Origin: a virus
Lineage: Duplodnaviria > Caudoviricetes
Reading direction: 5' to 3' (one strand)
IMG/VR virus record: IMGVR_UViG_3300020179_000039
Coordinates: 1-56,003 of that record
Length of the DNA stretch: 56,003 nt
Part shown: positions 10,136 through 17,613 of the stretch, piece by piece
Numbering within the stretch: position 1 is the stretch's first letter
Layout of the letters: each line of letters opens with the position of its first letter
The notes under the pieces: generated by a model
Database searches by the model: none
Seen by the model: the letters and a program-made list of their open reading frames with translations, nothing else
Told to the model about the DNA's origin: nothing
Position numbers and translations under genes: made by a program

Positions 10136-10423
10136 ATAACTGATTTCATTAGGTGGGAATCCTGACTACCCACAAGTCCAACGTATACCCCTTTTAACCT
10201 ATAGTCCAACAGAGTAGCTAATTCTGTTGTGTTGACTAGCTGGATTATCTACCAGCACCTGCTGCAGAGATCAGTATAGTATACTTCGCAGGACTACAGA
10301 GCTTATTGGTTGCGCTCACCTTTAAGATGCATGGTTTTATCTCATATACATGACAACGTGCTTCCTAGTGCTTTTCAGCACAGTGACACTACCTTAACCC
10401 CTCTCAAGAGTTTGTTCAGTCAC
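10136..10423 (-). ncRNA. unidentified structured RNA (~288 nt)
   Basis: Ends pair (GTGACTGA/TCAGTTAT); hairpins GTGCT-GAAA-AGCAC, GCTGG/CCAGC, AACAGA/TCTGTT, GTGGG/CCCAC; lies between tRNA-Met and tmRNA. Confidence 0.55.
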
Positions 10424-10461
10424 AAATGAAAATCAGATTTTTCAAAGAACGATTTATTCTG

Positions 10462-10536
10462 TTGCGGGGGTGAGATTCGAACTCACGTGGTTTGGCTTAT
10501 GAGACCAAGCTGGAACCTACTCCAGTCCACCCCGCC
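10462..10536 (-). tRNA. tRNA-Met(CAT), initiator-like
   Basis: Anticodon arm TTGGT-CTCATAA-GCCAA, T loop TTCGAAT, acceptor GGCGGGG/CCCCGCA with 1:72 mismatch. Confidence 0.85.
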
Positions 10537-10541
10537 TTTAA

Positions 10542-10817
10542 TTACCAGACAATTGCAATGTCTCTTTCAGCAATCATCAAACGAGTTTCACCTTCCACTT
10601 CAATAATCTCTGTGTTCTGAAGAATAATGGCAGGGATGTAAACCTTATCGCCAACTTTTACCAGAGATACCTCCTCACCTACAGCATAAACTTCGAGAGC
10701 TGTCCACTGCTTCATCATTGTTTTTTCAAGCTCTGCTTCTCCTTCTGGAGTAAGGATAACCTTGGATTCAGGTTTTACAGGCTTATTTAATAAAATTCTT
10801 GTTCCTACTAATTTCAT
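10542..10817 (-). CDS. groES: GroES/Cpn10-like co-chaperonin
   Basis: MKLVGTRILL...EVYAVGEEVSLVKVGDKVY...MIAERDIAIVW. Confidence 0.8.
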   Translation of the reverse strand: MKLVGTRILLNKPVKPESKVILTPEGEAELEKTMMKQWTALEVYAVGEEVSLVKVGDKVYIPAIILQNTEIIEVEGETRLMIAERDIAIVW

Positions 10818-10820
10818 AAC

Positions 10821-10892
10821 TTATTTTTTACACCAACCAAAACATATTTTTCCAAAAGTGAGTTTATTGATTAAATTACAGATGTGTTTCAT
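10821..10892 (-). CDS. 23-aa Cys-containing micropeptide
   Basis: MKHICNLINKLTFGKICFGWCKK; A-rich leader; stop 3 nt before groES ATG. Confidence 0.5.
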   Translation of the reverse strand: MKHICNLINKLTFGKICFGWCKK

Positions 10893-10917
10893 ATTTTTTA
10901 GTTTTTTAGTTTTTTAG

Positions 10918-10991
10918 AGCCACCAGTAGGAATCGAACCCACAACCTACTGAGTACAAATCAGTTGCTCTACCAGATTGAGCTATGGTGGC
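10918..10991 (-). tRNA. tRNA-Thr(TGT)
   Basis: GCCACCA/TGGTGGC acceptor, ACTGA-TTTGTAC-TCAGT anticodon arm, GTTCGATTC. Confidence 0.93.
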
Positions 10992-10996
10992 AGGAC

Positions 10997-11122
10997 CTAA
11001 TCAGTTTTCTTTTTTTGTTGGTTTTTCTTAGAAAACTTTTCAAAACCACGGTTTTCGTAGTTCTTATCCTCCATCTCCTCAATCCAACGGTTTCGCTTAG
11101 GTCCTCCTCGTTGCTTTTTCAT
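10997..11122 (-). CDS. 41-aa charged micro-protein
   Basis: MKKQRGGPKRNRWIEEMEDKNYENRGFEKFSKKNQQKKKTD fills the gap between hairpin and tRNA-Thr. Confidence 0.5.
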   Translation of the reverse strand: MKKQRGGPKRNRWIEEMEDKNYENRGFEKFSKKNQQKKKTD

Positions 11123-11140
11123 TTTAAAGAATTTTGTGAA

Positions 11141-11179
11141 TGGATAAACCCCCCGCGTTTATGCGGAGGGCTTATTCCA
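11141..11179 (-). terminator. GC-rich hairpin (terminator or processing site)
   Basis: TGGAATAAGCCCTCCGC-ATAAAC-GCGGGGGGTTTATCCA on minus strand. Confidence 0.45.
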
Positions 11180-11219
11180 TAGGTTTTCACAGGTATTGGA
11201 TTTCACTTTCACACCTTTC

Positions 11220-11504
11220 TTAACTATTGCGTTTGAGAGTTCTTCCACCTCCAGACGCCGGTTCTTCATTAGGGGTAATATTTTCATCCTGCTCACCTTC
11301 TTCCTGTGAAGCCTGCATTGCACTCATAGTCATAATAGCATTTATTCGCTGTGCATCAGCAATAGCTGCTTTACTGTTCAGATCTGCAAGTTGGTGTCTA
11401 AGACTTGCCAACTCAATCTGTGCTTTGTACCATGCAATAATCTCGTCTCGCGAAGGCTGCTCTTGCTTTTGAGCGTCCTGTGCAAGGTTTTCATTTGTAT
11501 CCAT
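11220..11504 (-). CDS. hypothetical coiled-coil protein
   Basis: 94 aa, first gene of leftward transcript; TATATTTG promoter upstream. Confidence 0.65.
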   Translation of the reverse strand: MDTNENLAQDAQKQEQPSRDEIIAWYKAQIELASLRHQLADLNSKAAIADAQRINAIMTMSAMQASQEEGEQDENITPNEEPASGGGRTLKRNS

Positions 11505-11521
11505 ATTCTTATTGGTTTAAG

Positions 11522-11584
11522 GTCTACAATACAAATATACTTAGAAAGTTTAAATTCTACAAATTTATTACTATTTTTGTAGAG
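11522..11584. promoter_or_regulatory. divergent promoter region with TAnnTTTG elements and TGTAGA motifs
   Basis: Minus-strand TATATTTG and TAAATTTGTAGAA; plus-strand TATTTTTGTAGAG. Confidence 0.6.
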
Positions 11585-11610
11585 GTGAGGTTAAACTTTT
11601 AAAGTGTAAT

Positions 11611-11811
11611 ATGCCAGATAGGTATACTTCGAGCTTGAAACTTAAGAAGATACGTGATATCTTACTTAAGAAGGGGTTTAAATACCTTGACGAATATAAG
11701 ACTATCAAAGTCTACAAGAATCGGGAATACAAGTTGTACAGAACCGAAACTGTAGATATTATTACAGATGCAAAAGACAACCGATTGGGTATTATAACGC
11801 AAGACCTATGA
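11611..11811 (+). CDS. hypothetical protein
   Basis: 66 aa, ATGA overlap with next gene. Confidence 0.6.
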   Translation: MPDRYTSSLKLKKIRDILLKKGFKYLDEYKTIKVYKNREYKLYRTETVDIITDAKDNRLGIITQDL

Positions 11812-12305
11812 AAGTCAATAGAGAATTAGAATGGGAAGCCATTGTAAAAGTATGTAGCCAGCTAGAAGAACTAGCTGTATACCATGAATTAAGTCCTCAG
11901 AACACTGTAGTTGCAATGGTTTCTCCTGACTACAGTGCTACTGTTGCTATGCATGTAGCACATCATCTCAGTAAGAATGGTGAAATGCTTGATATTATAC
12001 CTGTGGATATACCTTATCCAGACGAAGATCCTGCACATTTTCAAGATGACTTTATACATTTTGTTTCTCATAAGTTTGACTCTTACGAGCATGTAATCAT
12101 TGTAGAAGGAGGTGTCATTTCTGGAAAAACCTTTGAGTTTATTCATTCAGATCTTAAGGATAAGGGACTTAATGTAATCTCGGTTGCGTTATTTGAAAAT
12201 GTACACAGTGTATTTTGGTCTGACATAGTAGGCTTCTATTATGACTGGAAAAAAGAACCTCTAGAGTTTTATTGGGAGAGAGAAAATAAACATTGGAATT
12301 TTTAA
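11808..12305 (+). CDS. type I phosphoribosyltransferase-fold protein
   Basis: VIIVEGGVISGKT resembles PRPP loop (hhhhDD..hhSGxT); C-terminal LEFYWE resembles the HPRT-like FPWE end. Confidence 0.6.
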   Translation: MKVNRELEWEAIVKVCSQLEELAVYHELSPQNTVVAMVSPDYSATVAMHVAHHLSKNGEMLDIIPVDIPYPDEDPAHFQDDFIHFVSHKFDSYEHVIIVEGGVISGKTFEFIHSDLKDKGLNVISVALFENVHSVFWSDIVGFYYDWKKEPLEFYWERENKHWNF

Positions 12306-12306
12306 T

Positions 12307-12741
12307 ATGGCAAAGAAAAAAGCAATATTCAAGTTCAACGGTGGTCAGGGAGCACTGTTATGTAGTAAATGTAGTAAAATCATTAAAACAGGAAAACAGA
12401 TGAGTAAAAAAGAAATCGCTGCTATGAAAGGTGAGCAGCACTTAGATGCACAATACTGTGAAGATTGTGGTGGTCAAAAGCCTGAACCCAAAATATTTTA
12501 TTTGAAACGTGAAGAGGATAATAAACTTATTGCTGGTTTGAGTTATAAGTTTGTTGAATGGAACGAAAACGGTACGGGTAAAGATTTACATGATGAACCT
12601 AAAGAAGGTTACAGCTTTATTATGGACCCCAATCCTATTGACTTTACTTGGTTAACTACTCAAATTACTGAAATTCTCACAGACGATGAGAAACTCTTAA
12701 AGTTTAAAACCAAAAACTCCACGTATACACTGGAAAAATAA
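12307..12741 (+). CDS. hypothetical protein with N-terminal Zn finger
   Basis: FNGGQGALLCSKC...YCEDC. Confidence 0.65.
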   Translation: MAKKKAIFKFNGGQGALLCSKCSKIIKTGKQMSKKEIAAMKGEQHLDAQYCEDCGGQKPEPKIFYLKREEDNKLIAGLSYKFVEWNENGTGKDLHDEPKEGYSFIMDPNPIDFTWLTTQITEILTDDEKLLKFKTKNSTYTLEK

Positions 12742-12751
12742 AACCAACCTT

Positions 12752-13084
12752 ATGACAGACGAACAAATCCTCAAATATGGTGAAATTCAATATTTGAAAG
12801 GTCGTATTGATGAGCTTGAAAAAGCGGCAGCCGTTGTATTAAGTACACAATCTGTACGCAGAGTTGATGCTCGTTTAGATAAATACTATACCAAGCTTAG
12901 AGAAGCTGATGAAATATCATACTTCTTGCATTTTGTGGAATCTCAAAATGTTAGAATGAGTAAACAAAAAAGCAAAAGACATCTTCAAGAGTTACTAAAA
13001 GAAGTTATAGAACATGTAAGTGACATAGACTTAAAGATTAAAATTGCAGAACATATTTCAAAAGTAAGTGATGAGAGAAGCTAA
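12752..13084 (+). CDS. hypothetical protein
   Basis: 110-aa helical ORF in operon. Confidence 0.65.
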   Translation: MTDEQILKYGEIQYLKGRIDELEKAAAVVLSTQSVRRVDARLDKYYTKLREADEISYFLHFVESQNVRMSKQKSKRHLQELLKEVIEHVSDIDLKIKIAEHISKVSDERS

Positions 13085-13718
13085 CCGTACCCGTAAGAAT
13101 GAGATTCGATACAAAGTAGATCTGAATGAAGAACAAAAAGAAGTTAAAAGATTAATTCGTGAGAATCAAGTTGTGGTTATAACAGGTAGAGCCGGCTGCG
13201 GTAAATCGCTTGTATCTGCACAAACTGCTTTAGATTTCTTATTTAAAAAAGAAGCAGAGAGAATTTTAGTTACTCGTGCCACTATTGAAGTAGGAAACTC
13301 TCTTGGCTTTTTACCAGGTTCTCTAGATGAAAAGTTTAATCCTTATCTAGAAGCGTTTCAAGAAAACCTATTAAAATGTTACGATCGTCTGCGCATTGAA
13401 GAATTGATTAAGGACAAGGTTATTGAAGCCATGCCTGTACAGTTTATTCGTGGTAAAACAATCGATGACGTGCTAGTTGTAGAAGAAGCTCAGAACCTAA
13501 ATAAATCTCAGATGCTAGCTATTCTCACTCGTCTCGGAAAGACTGGTAAAATCATTATCAATGGTGATAATGAGCAAAAGGATATCAAAGATGAGTACAA
13601 TGGACTAAGCTACGTAATTGAACTTAGTAAAAAGATTGAAGAAATCAAATGGATCAAGCTAAAAGTTAACCACCGATCCGATTTGGTCGGAAAAATTCTA
13701 GACTATGAATACAAATGA
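13068..13718 (+). CDS. phoH: PhoH-family ATPase
   Basis: GRAGCGKS, LGFLPG, FIRGKT, EEAQN, LTRLG, GDNEQKD, HRSDLV. Confidence 0.92.
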   Translation: MMREANRTRKNEIRYKVDLNEEQKEVKRLIRENQVVVITGRAGCGKSLVSAQTALDFLFKKEAERILVTRATIEVGNSLGFLPGSLDEKFNPYLEAFQENLLKCYDRLRIEELIKDKVIEAMPVQFIRGKTIDDVLVVEEAQNLNKSQMLAILTRLGKTGKIIINGDNEQKDIKDEYNGLSYVIELSKKIEEIKWIKLKVNHRSDLVGKILDYEYK

Positions 13719-14241
13719 TGAAATAGAAAAAATTCGTGAGCTAAGGCAAAAGCTTGCTAAACAAATCGTAGACATTTATCCTAAGATGTTTACTTTTTGT
13801 GTAAGACTTAATTGTGAACCCGATCCTTATGAGGACTATGGTAAAGATATGGGTGTAGGTATTGGGTGGTATCCCATTATTAAAAAGCTTGTAGAGACCA
13901 TTCACGAAAACGATACCCGTTTAAATCTAGAAAAAAATATAAATCATATTACCAAAGTCACACAAATTAAAGAGAAGTTCGGCGGTCTTCGGTTCTATGT
14001 AACAGCTACATCAGATGAAAACTGGGAAGCTATTAAGAAAGCTGAAGAAGAATCCTTTTTTACTTGCGAAGAATGTGGTTCTAAAGAAGATGTCGGCAGA
14101 TGGAACGATGGATGGATACTTACTAAATGTAAGAAATGTGCAATAAAAGAATTTGAAAGCCGGCAATGGAAAGAGGGTGTAACTTTTGCTGATATATTCC
14201 AAACCTGGAATGATATTGAGCAAAACAAATACGATGACTAG
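13705..14241 (+). CDS. conserved phage hypothetical protein with Zn ribbon
   Basis: GWYPII...QIKEKFGGLRFY...TCEECG...GWILTKCKKC. Confidence 0.7.
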   Translation: MNTNDEIEKIRELRQKLAKQIVDIYPKMFTFCVRLNCEPDPYEDYGKDMGVGIGWYPIIKKLVETIHENDTRLNLEKNINHITKVTQIKEKFGGLRFYVTATSDENWEAIKKAEEESFFTCEECGSKEDVGRWNDGWILTKCKKCAIKEFESRQWKEGVTFADIFQTWNDIEQNKYDD

Positions 14242-14441
14242 CTTATAGCAAAGGACAGCGTCCATTTTAACCAACTAAGCTCGAGGTTGTAGTGGTAATA
14301 TTTACCAACAACCTTGGGCTTTTTTGTTTTCTGGTCTACTACAACCTTAAAGTCTTCCTCATACCACAAAGTAAGTGCGGGTAAAATGAAGAAGTTGTTA
14401 AAGTTCGGCATCAGCGCGAAACGGTTAAAAATTATTTTCAT
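14238..14441 (-). CDS. hypothetical protein
   Basis: 67 aa, co-oriented with tRNA-Arg transcript. Confidence 0.55.
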   Translation of the reverse strand: MKIIFNRFALMPNFNNFFILPALTLWYEEDFKVVVDQKTKKPKVVGKYYHYNLELSWLKWTLSFAIS

Positions 14442-14443
14442 GG

Positions 14444-14767
14444 TTACTTTGATTTAGGTAGGAACTCTTGTATAACTGAAGCAAATATGGACGTGTTTAT
14501 TTCAAACTGTTTATGGTCCATAAAGAAATGGTAGTTGCCTTGCACCGAGGTGTCTGAAAACCTCGTCGCGGTAATCACCGCAATAGCCTCCATCACCTCA
14601 TGACATATAATACTAAACGTATATGTAGGATCACTCTTTAGAAAGAGCGTGCCTATTACCATCTCATTACGGGAGAAGTCAAATGATCCGCCCGCCTCAT
14701 CCTTTCTCTGTATTACAGTAAATGTATGAGAGAGGATCTTAATGTTTTTAGGGAATATAATTTTCAT
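14444..14767 (-). CDS. small zincin-like (HExxE variant) protein
   Basis: SIICHEVMEAI in a phage mini-metallopeptidase-like context. Confidence 0.5.
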   Translation of the reverse strand: MKIIFPKNIKILSHTFTVIQRKDEAGGSFDFSRNEMVIGTLFLKSDPTYTFSIICHEVMEAIAVITATRFSDTSVQGNYHFFMDHKQFEINTSIFASVIQEFLPKSK

Positions 14768-14818
14768 AAACTACATATATGTCCAGTTTATACACTAAAA
14801 AACTGGACAGGGTTTTAG

Positions 14819-14892
<74 letters not shown>

Positions 14893-15125
14893 ATGTCACA
14901 AATATATACAAATTATTCTTCAGTTCTACATGTTCCACGTGGAACGTCTACAATATGTAGAATTTACTACCCCCGTAGTTCTAACAGGAAAAAGACACCC
15001 CCCCCTATACGGTGCTCAGATGCATACAAGGGAGAAAGAGGGGGGAGGGATTATAATAACTATCCCAAGGTTCAAAAAAAACTGTACCCACCCCCGGTGT
15101 AATCCAGCATGAAAAAGCACTGAGT

Positions 15126-15227
15126 ATGTATCACTGGTACATCATTTCGGGAGTCAGTATCCTTGCAAAGTCCCTGCGAGAAGCGTATCGCTACTTCAGA
15201 GACAACTGCAAGGAGAAAGGTGAGTAA
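15126..15227 (+). CDS. 33-aa micro-protein, first ORF of putative early region
   Basis: MYHWYIISGVSILAKSLREAYRYFRDNCKEKGE followed by motif and hairpin. Confidence 0.45.
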   Translation: MYHWYIISGVSILAKSLREAYRYFRDNCKEKGE

Positions 15228-15255
15228 GGATTACTCACGCCCGGCAGCAACACAC

Positions 15256-15299
15256 AGGTGGTAGTAGTATGTAGTAAGTATATACTATTACCACCTTTT
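15256..15299 (+). terminator. long hairpin with T tail
   Basis: AGGTGGTAGTAGTATGTA-GTAAG-TATATACTATTACCACCT-TTT. Confidence 0.55.
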
Positions 15300-15355
15300 A
15301 CATGCAAATACTCACCACCTTAAGTAATCAACTAAAACCCCTAAATATCACAGTT

Positions 15356-15583
15356 ATGAAAAACCTCAAGCACTTCGTACTACCCGTACAAATTGTAGCA
15401 CTCTTCGTGTTACCCGCAATGATGTTAACTATTATCATCAGTGCTATCGCAACTATGTTCGTCATCCTATCAGACCTTACGTTCATGGACGTCACCACCA
15501 GCGGTATTACCGCAATCTTCGGTGTGTTCGGATACATAGGGATGCTGATAGCAGTAGGACAATGGATGTGGGACGAGCAATAA
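15356..15583 (+). CDS. small membrane protein (2 TM)
   Basis: Two long hydrophobic stretches; start moved to ATG 15356. Confidence 0.65.
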   Translation: MKNLKHFVLPVQIVALFVLPAMMLTIIISAIATMFVILSDLTFMDVTTSGITAIFGVFGYIGMLIAVGQWMWDEQ

Positions 15584-15609
15584 CTCACCACCTCATCCTT
15601 TAAGACAAT

Positions 15610-15654
15610 ACCCCGTTTCAGTGCTTAAAGAGCGTGCACTGATTCGGGGTTTAT
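15610..15654 (+). terminator. hairpin terminator
   Basis: ACCCCG-TT-TCAGTGC...GCACTGA-TT-CGGGGT-TTAT. Confidence 0.55.
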
Positions 15655-15716
15655 AATTAATACGCTCTAAAAATCCCTAAAACCTTGTCGGTGTATAGGT
15701 AACCGCATCACTAGTC

Positions 15717-16232
15717 ATGAGTAAATTAACTCTTTCGCCCGAAGTCTCTGACTTCAAAGAAGGTCTGTTCATCCTTACAGACGAAGCCGGTAACTCTGTC
15801 CGTCGTTACGAAGATGACCCTGAGCAGGGTTACATCGTACTGAAAGATGTGCAGTTCCGCGAAATCACCCTGTTAACTTCCACTCGTCTCCAACTGAAGA
15901 CACGTCAGGCGCTTTATGCAGGTCCTGTAGAAGTGCTTGAGAAGAAGATTGCTATGTGGGAAAAAGCAGGTAAGATTCCAGGTCGCATCCAGTCTCTGGA
16001 TATCCTGGAAGGTGACCCAATCCTTGACAACCTCAAGAACTTGGACCGCTATGTAAAGCGTGCTGGAGAAGACGGACCAGTGCTTACTAAGGAAGGTAAA
16101 AAGATTTACCACTTCCGTAAGTATACCGCTAACCCTGACGCTTTAGACATGCTCATCGAGCACGACAACAAAGCGGAAGTAGTCACACACCGTGCTGCAG
16201 CGCGTCTTGCATCTGCAGACCTCGACGCTTAA
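15717..16232 (+). CDS. hypothetical protein, paralog A (ends ASADLDA)
   Basis: Shares YEDDPEQGY, LYAGPVEVL, GKIPGRI, KRAGEDG, IEHDN blocks with 16495-16974. Confidence 0.8.
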   Translation: MSKLTLSPEVSDFKEGLFILTDEAGNSVRRYEDDPEQGYIVLKDVQFREITLLTSTRLQLKTRQALYAGPVEVLEKKIAMWEKAGKIPGRIQSLDILEGDPILDNLKNLDRYVKRAGEDGPVLTKEGKKIYHFRKYTANPDALDMLIEHDNKAEVVTHRAAARLASADLDA

Positions 16233-16244
16233 GTCAACTCTCCT

Positions 16245-16287
16245 CTGATAAGCAGGGTCATCCTTCGGGGTGACCTTGCTCTATCAG
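16245..16287 (+). terminator. stable cUUCGg hairpin after paralog A
   Basis: CTGATA-AGCAGGGTCATCC-TTCG-GGGTGACCTTGCT-C-TATCAG; no U tail. Confidence 0.5.
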
Positions 16288-16289
16288 CA

Positions 16290-16459
16290 GGAACAAAAAC
16301 AATACTCACCAACGCAGAAGTACACTACTGCAGTTTTTTGATCATCAACTTGACATGTCTGATAATCTGCAAAATCCGGTAGTTTTTGGTGGGACTCGCA
16401 GCCCTAACCTGCAGTATCAACACTCTTTCGACGGAACAAAAACAGTACCCACCACCGCA
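16290..16459 (+). repeat. 27-bp direct repeat, two copies (16290-16316, 16433-16459)
   Basis: GGAACAAAAACAATACTCACCAACGCA vs GGAACAAAAACAGTACCCACCACCGCA, 24/27 identical. Confidence 0.8.
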
Positions 16460-16494
16460 ATTAATCACTAACAAAACAATTTAAAAGTTCAATT

Positions 16495-16974
16495 ATGAGC
16501 AAAAACATCAATCCCAATTTGAAGGTTGTCACAGAGTTGACAGCTTACGAGTCTGATCCCAACCAAGGTTGGGTACGCATGGAAGAGACTTCTTATGTAG
16601 ATAAGGAGATTTCCCCATTGCGCACAATTGCTGTAGCAGAGAAGCGCAGCTGTCTTTATTCCGGTTCTATGGAAGCTTTGCAAGCCAAGCTTGCAGAGTG
16701 GAAGCGTCAAGGTGGTATCACCGGTCGCATCCGCGTAGTAGAGATGGTAGAGTCTGAAGCAAAGCAATTTGTCAAAGACATTACCACTCGTGAACCTAAA
16801 AAAGCCGGTGACACTGGTGTAATCTGCTGTGTAGGTGGTGAACCTATCTATCGCTTTAGCGCATACGACGCTACTGGTGAGAAGACAGACACCATGGTAA
16901 TGCACGATAATGGTGACGCCATCCGTGCTATTAACGCTCAACGTCGTCTTGAGTCTGCAGATTTAGACGCATAA
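16495..16974 (+). CDS. hypothetical protein, paralog B (ends ESADLDA)
   Basis: YESDPNQGW, LYSGSMEAL, GGITGRI, KKAGDTG, VMHDN. Confidence 0.8.
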   Translation: MSKNINPNLKVVTELTAYESDPNQGWVRMEETSYVDKEISPLRTIAVAEKRSCLYSGSMEALQAKLAEWKRQGGITGRIRVVEMVESEAKQFVKDITTREPKKAGDTGVICCVGGEPIYRFSAYDATGEKTDTMVMHDNGDAIRAINAQRRLESADLDA

Positions 16975-16993
16975 GACGTTATGCGTCTACTAT

Positions 16994-17050
16994 ATAGGGA
17001 TACAGTAGTGGGGTAATACCTGCTACTGTACTCTCTATTTAGTTTTTGTT
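16994..17050 (+). terminator. intrinsic terminator
   Basis: ATAGGGA-TACAGTAGTGG...CCTGCTACTGTA-C-TCTCTAT followed by T-rich run. Confidence 0.6.
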
Positions 17051-17402
17051 TGGGTTAGTCTACAATTCCAACGGTAAATGAATAATTTTCAGCGTGTTCG
17101 AGAGAGCACGAATGAGTGAGAGCACCACACCTCACCATATCATTACCGTCAAACAGTTCTCAAAACCACATATTAGGTTCATCAGAACACGGATTAGATA
17201 GCTAACTCATTCTTAACGTCCGTACATAAAGGGTATATTCTCTCTATGTATGATTGACTACTATATATTAAAATAAGAGCTTTCTACTATAGGGTTTTTG
17301 TTAGGGATTCTCCCTTAGTAGAGTAGTACTTCCCCGGGGATTACCGTTTGTGACGGGTGTAGTAACATCGCGTCTTGTAATCTTTGAGACCACAAGTCTC
17401 AT

Positions 17403-17589
17403 AACGCAGGCTAAAGTTTAGGTGTCTCATAGTAACGATAAATAACAGACAATTGGTAGTATCAAGCGTTTTTGTTACATCTTCCATTTTTTTGAGTTTG
17501 GAATCAAATTTGTGACAATCACCAATGATCAAACCATAGGCTCTAACGTCTATCGTCTATGCTGCGGGTTCGATTCCCGCTCTGCGTTC
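17403..17589 (+). ncRNA. tRNA-like RNA with very long anticodon-arm extension
   Basis: Acceptor AACGCAGG/TCTGCGTT, perfect T arm GCGGG-TTCGATT-CCCGC, stems CATAG..ACGATA/TATCGT-CTATG, ATTGGT/ACCAAT, TTGTTACA/TGTGACAA, TTCCA/TGGAA. Confidence 0.6.
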
Positions 17590-17613
17590 AAACCAATCCA
17601 AATATTATACAGT

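Noticed and set aside
9961-10209. 82-aa ORF as an independent protein gene
   Set aside because: It overlaps the tmRNA; only the last 25 codons are meaningful, as the tag
10136-10423. RNase P RNA or group I intron
   Set aside because: No GAGGAAAGUCC/P4 signature, no recognisable intron core and no interrupted host gene
17512-17613. N-terminal extension of ORF 17512-17736
   Set aside because: Runs through the T arm of the tRNA-like RNA; ATG 17614 has the typical A-rich context
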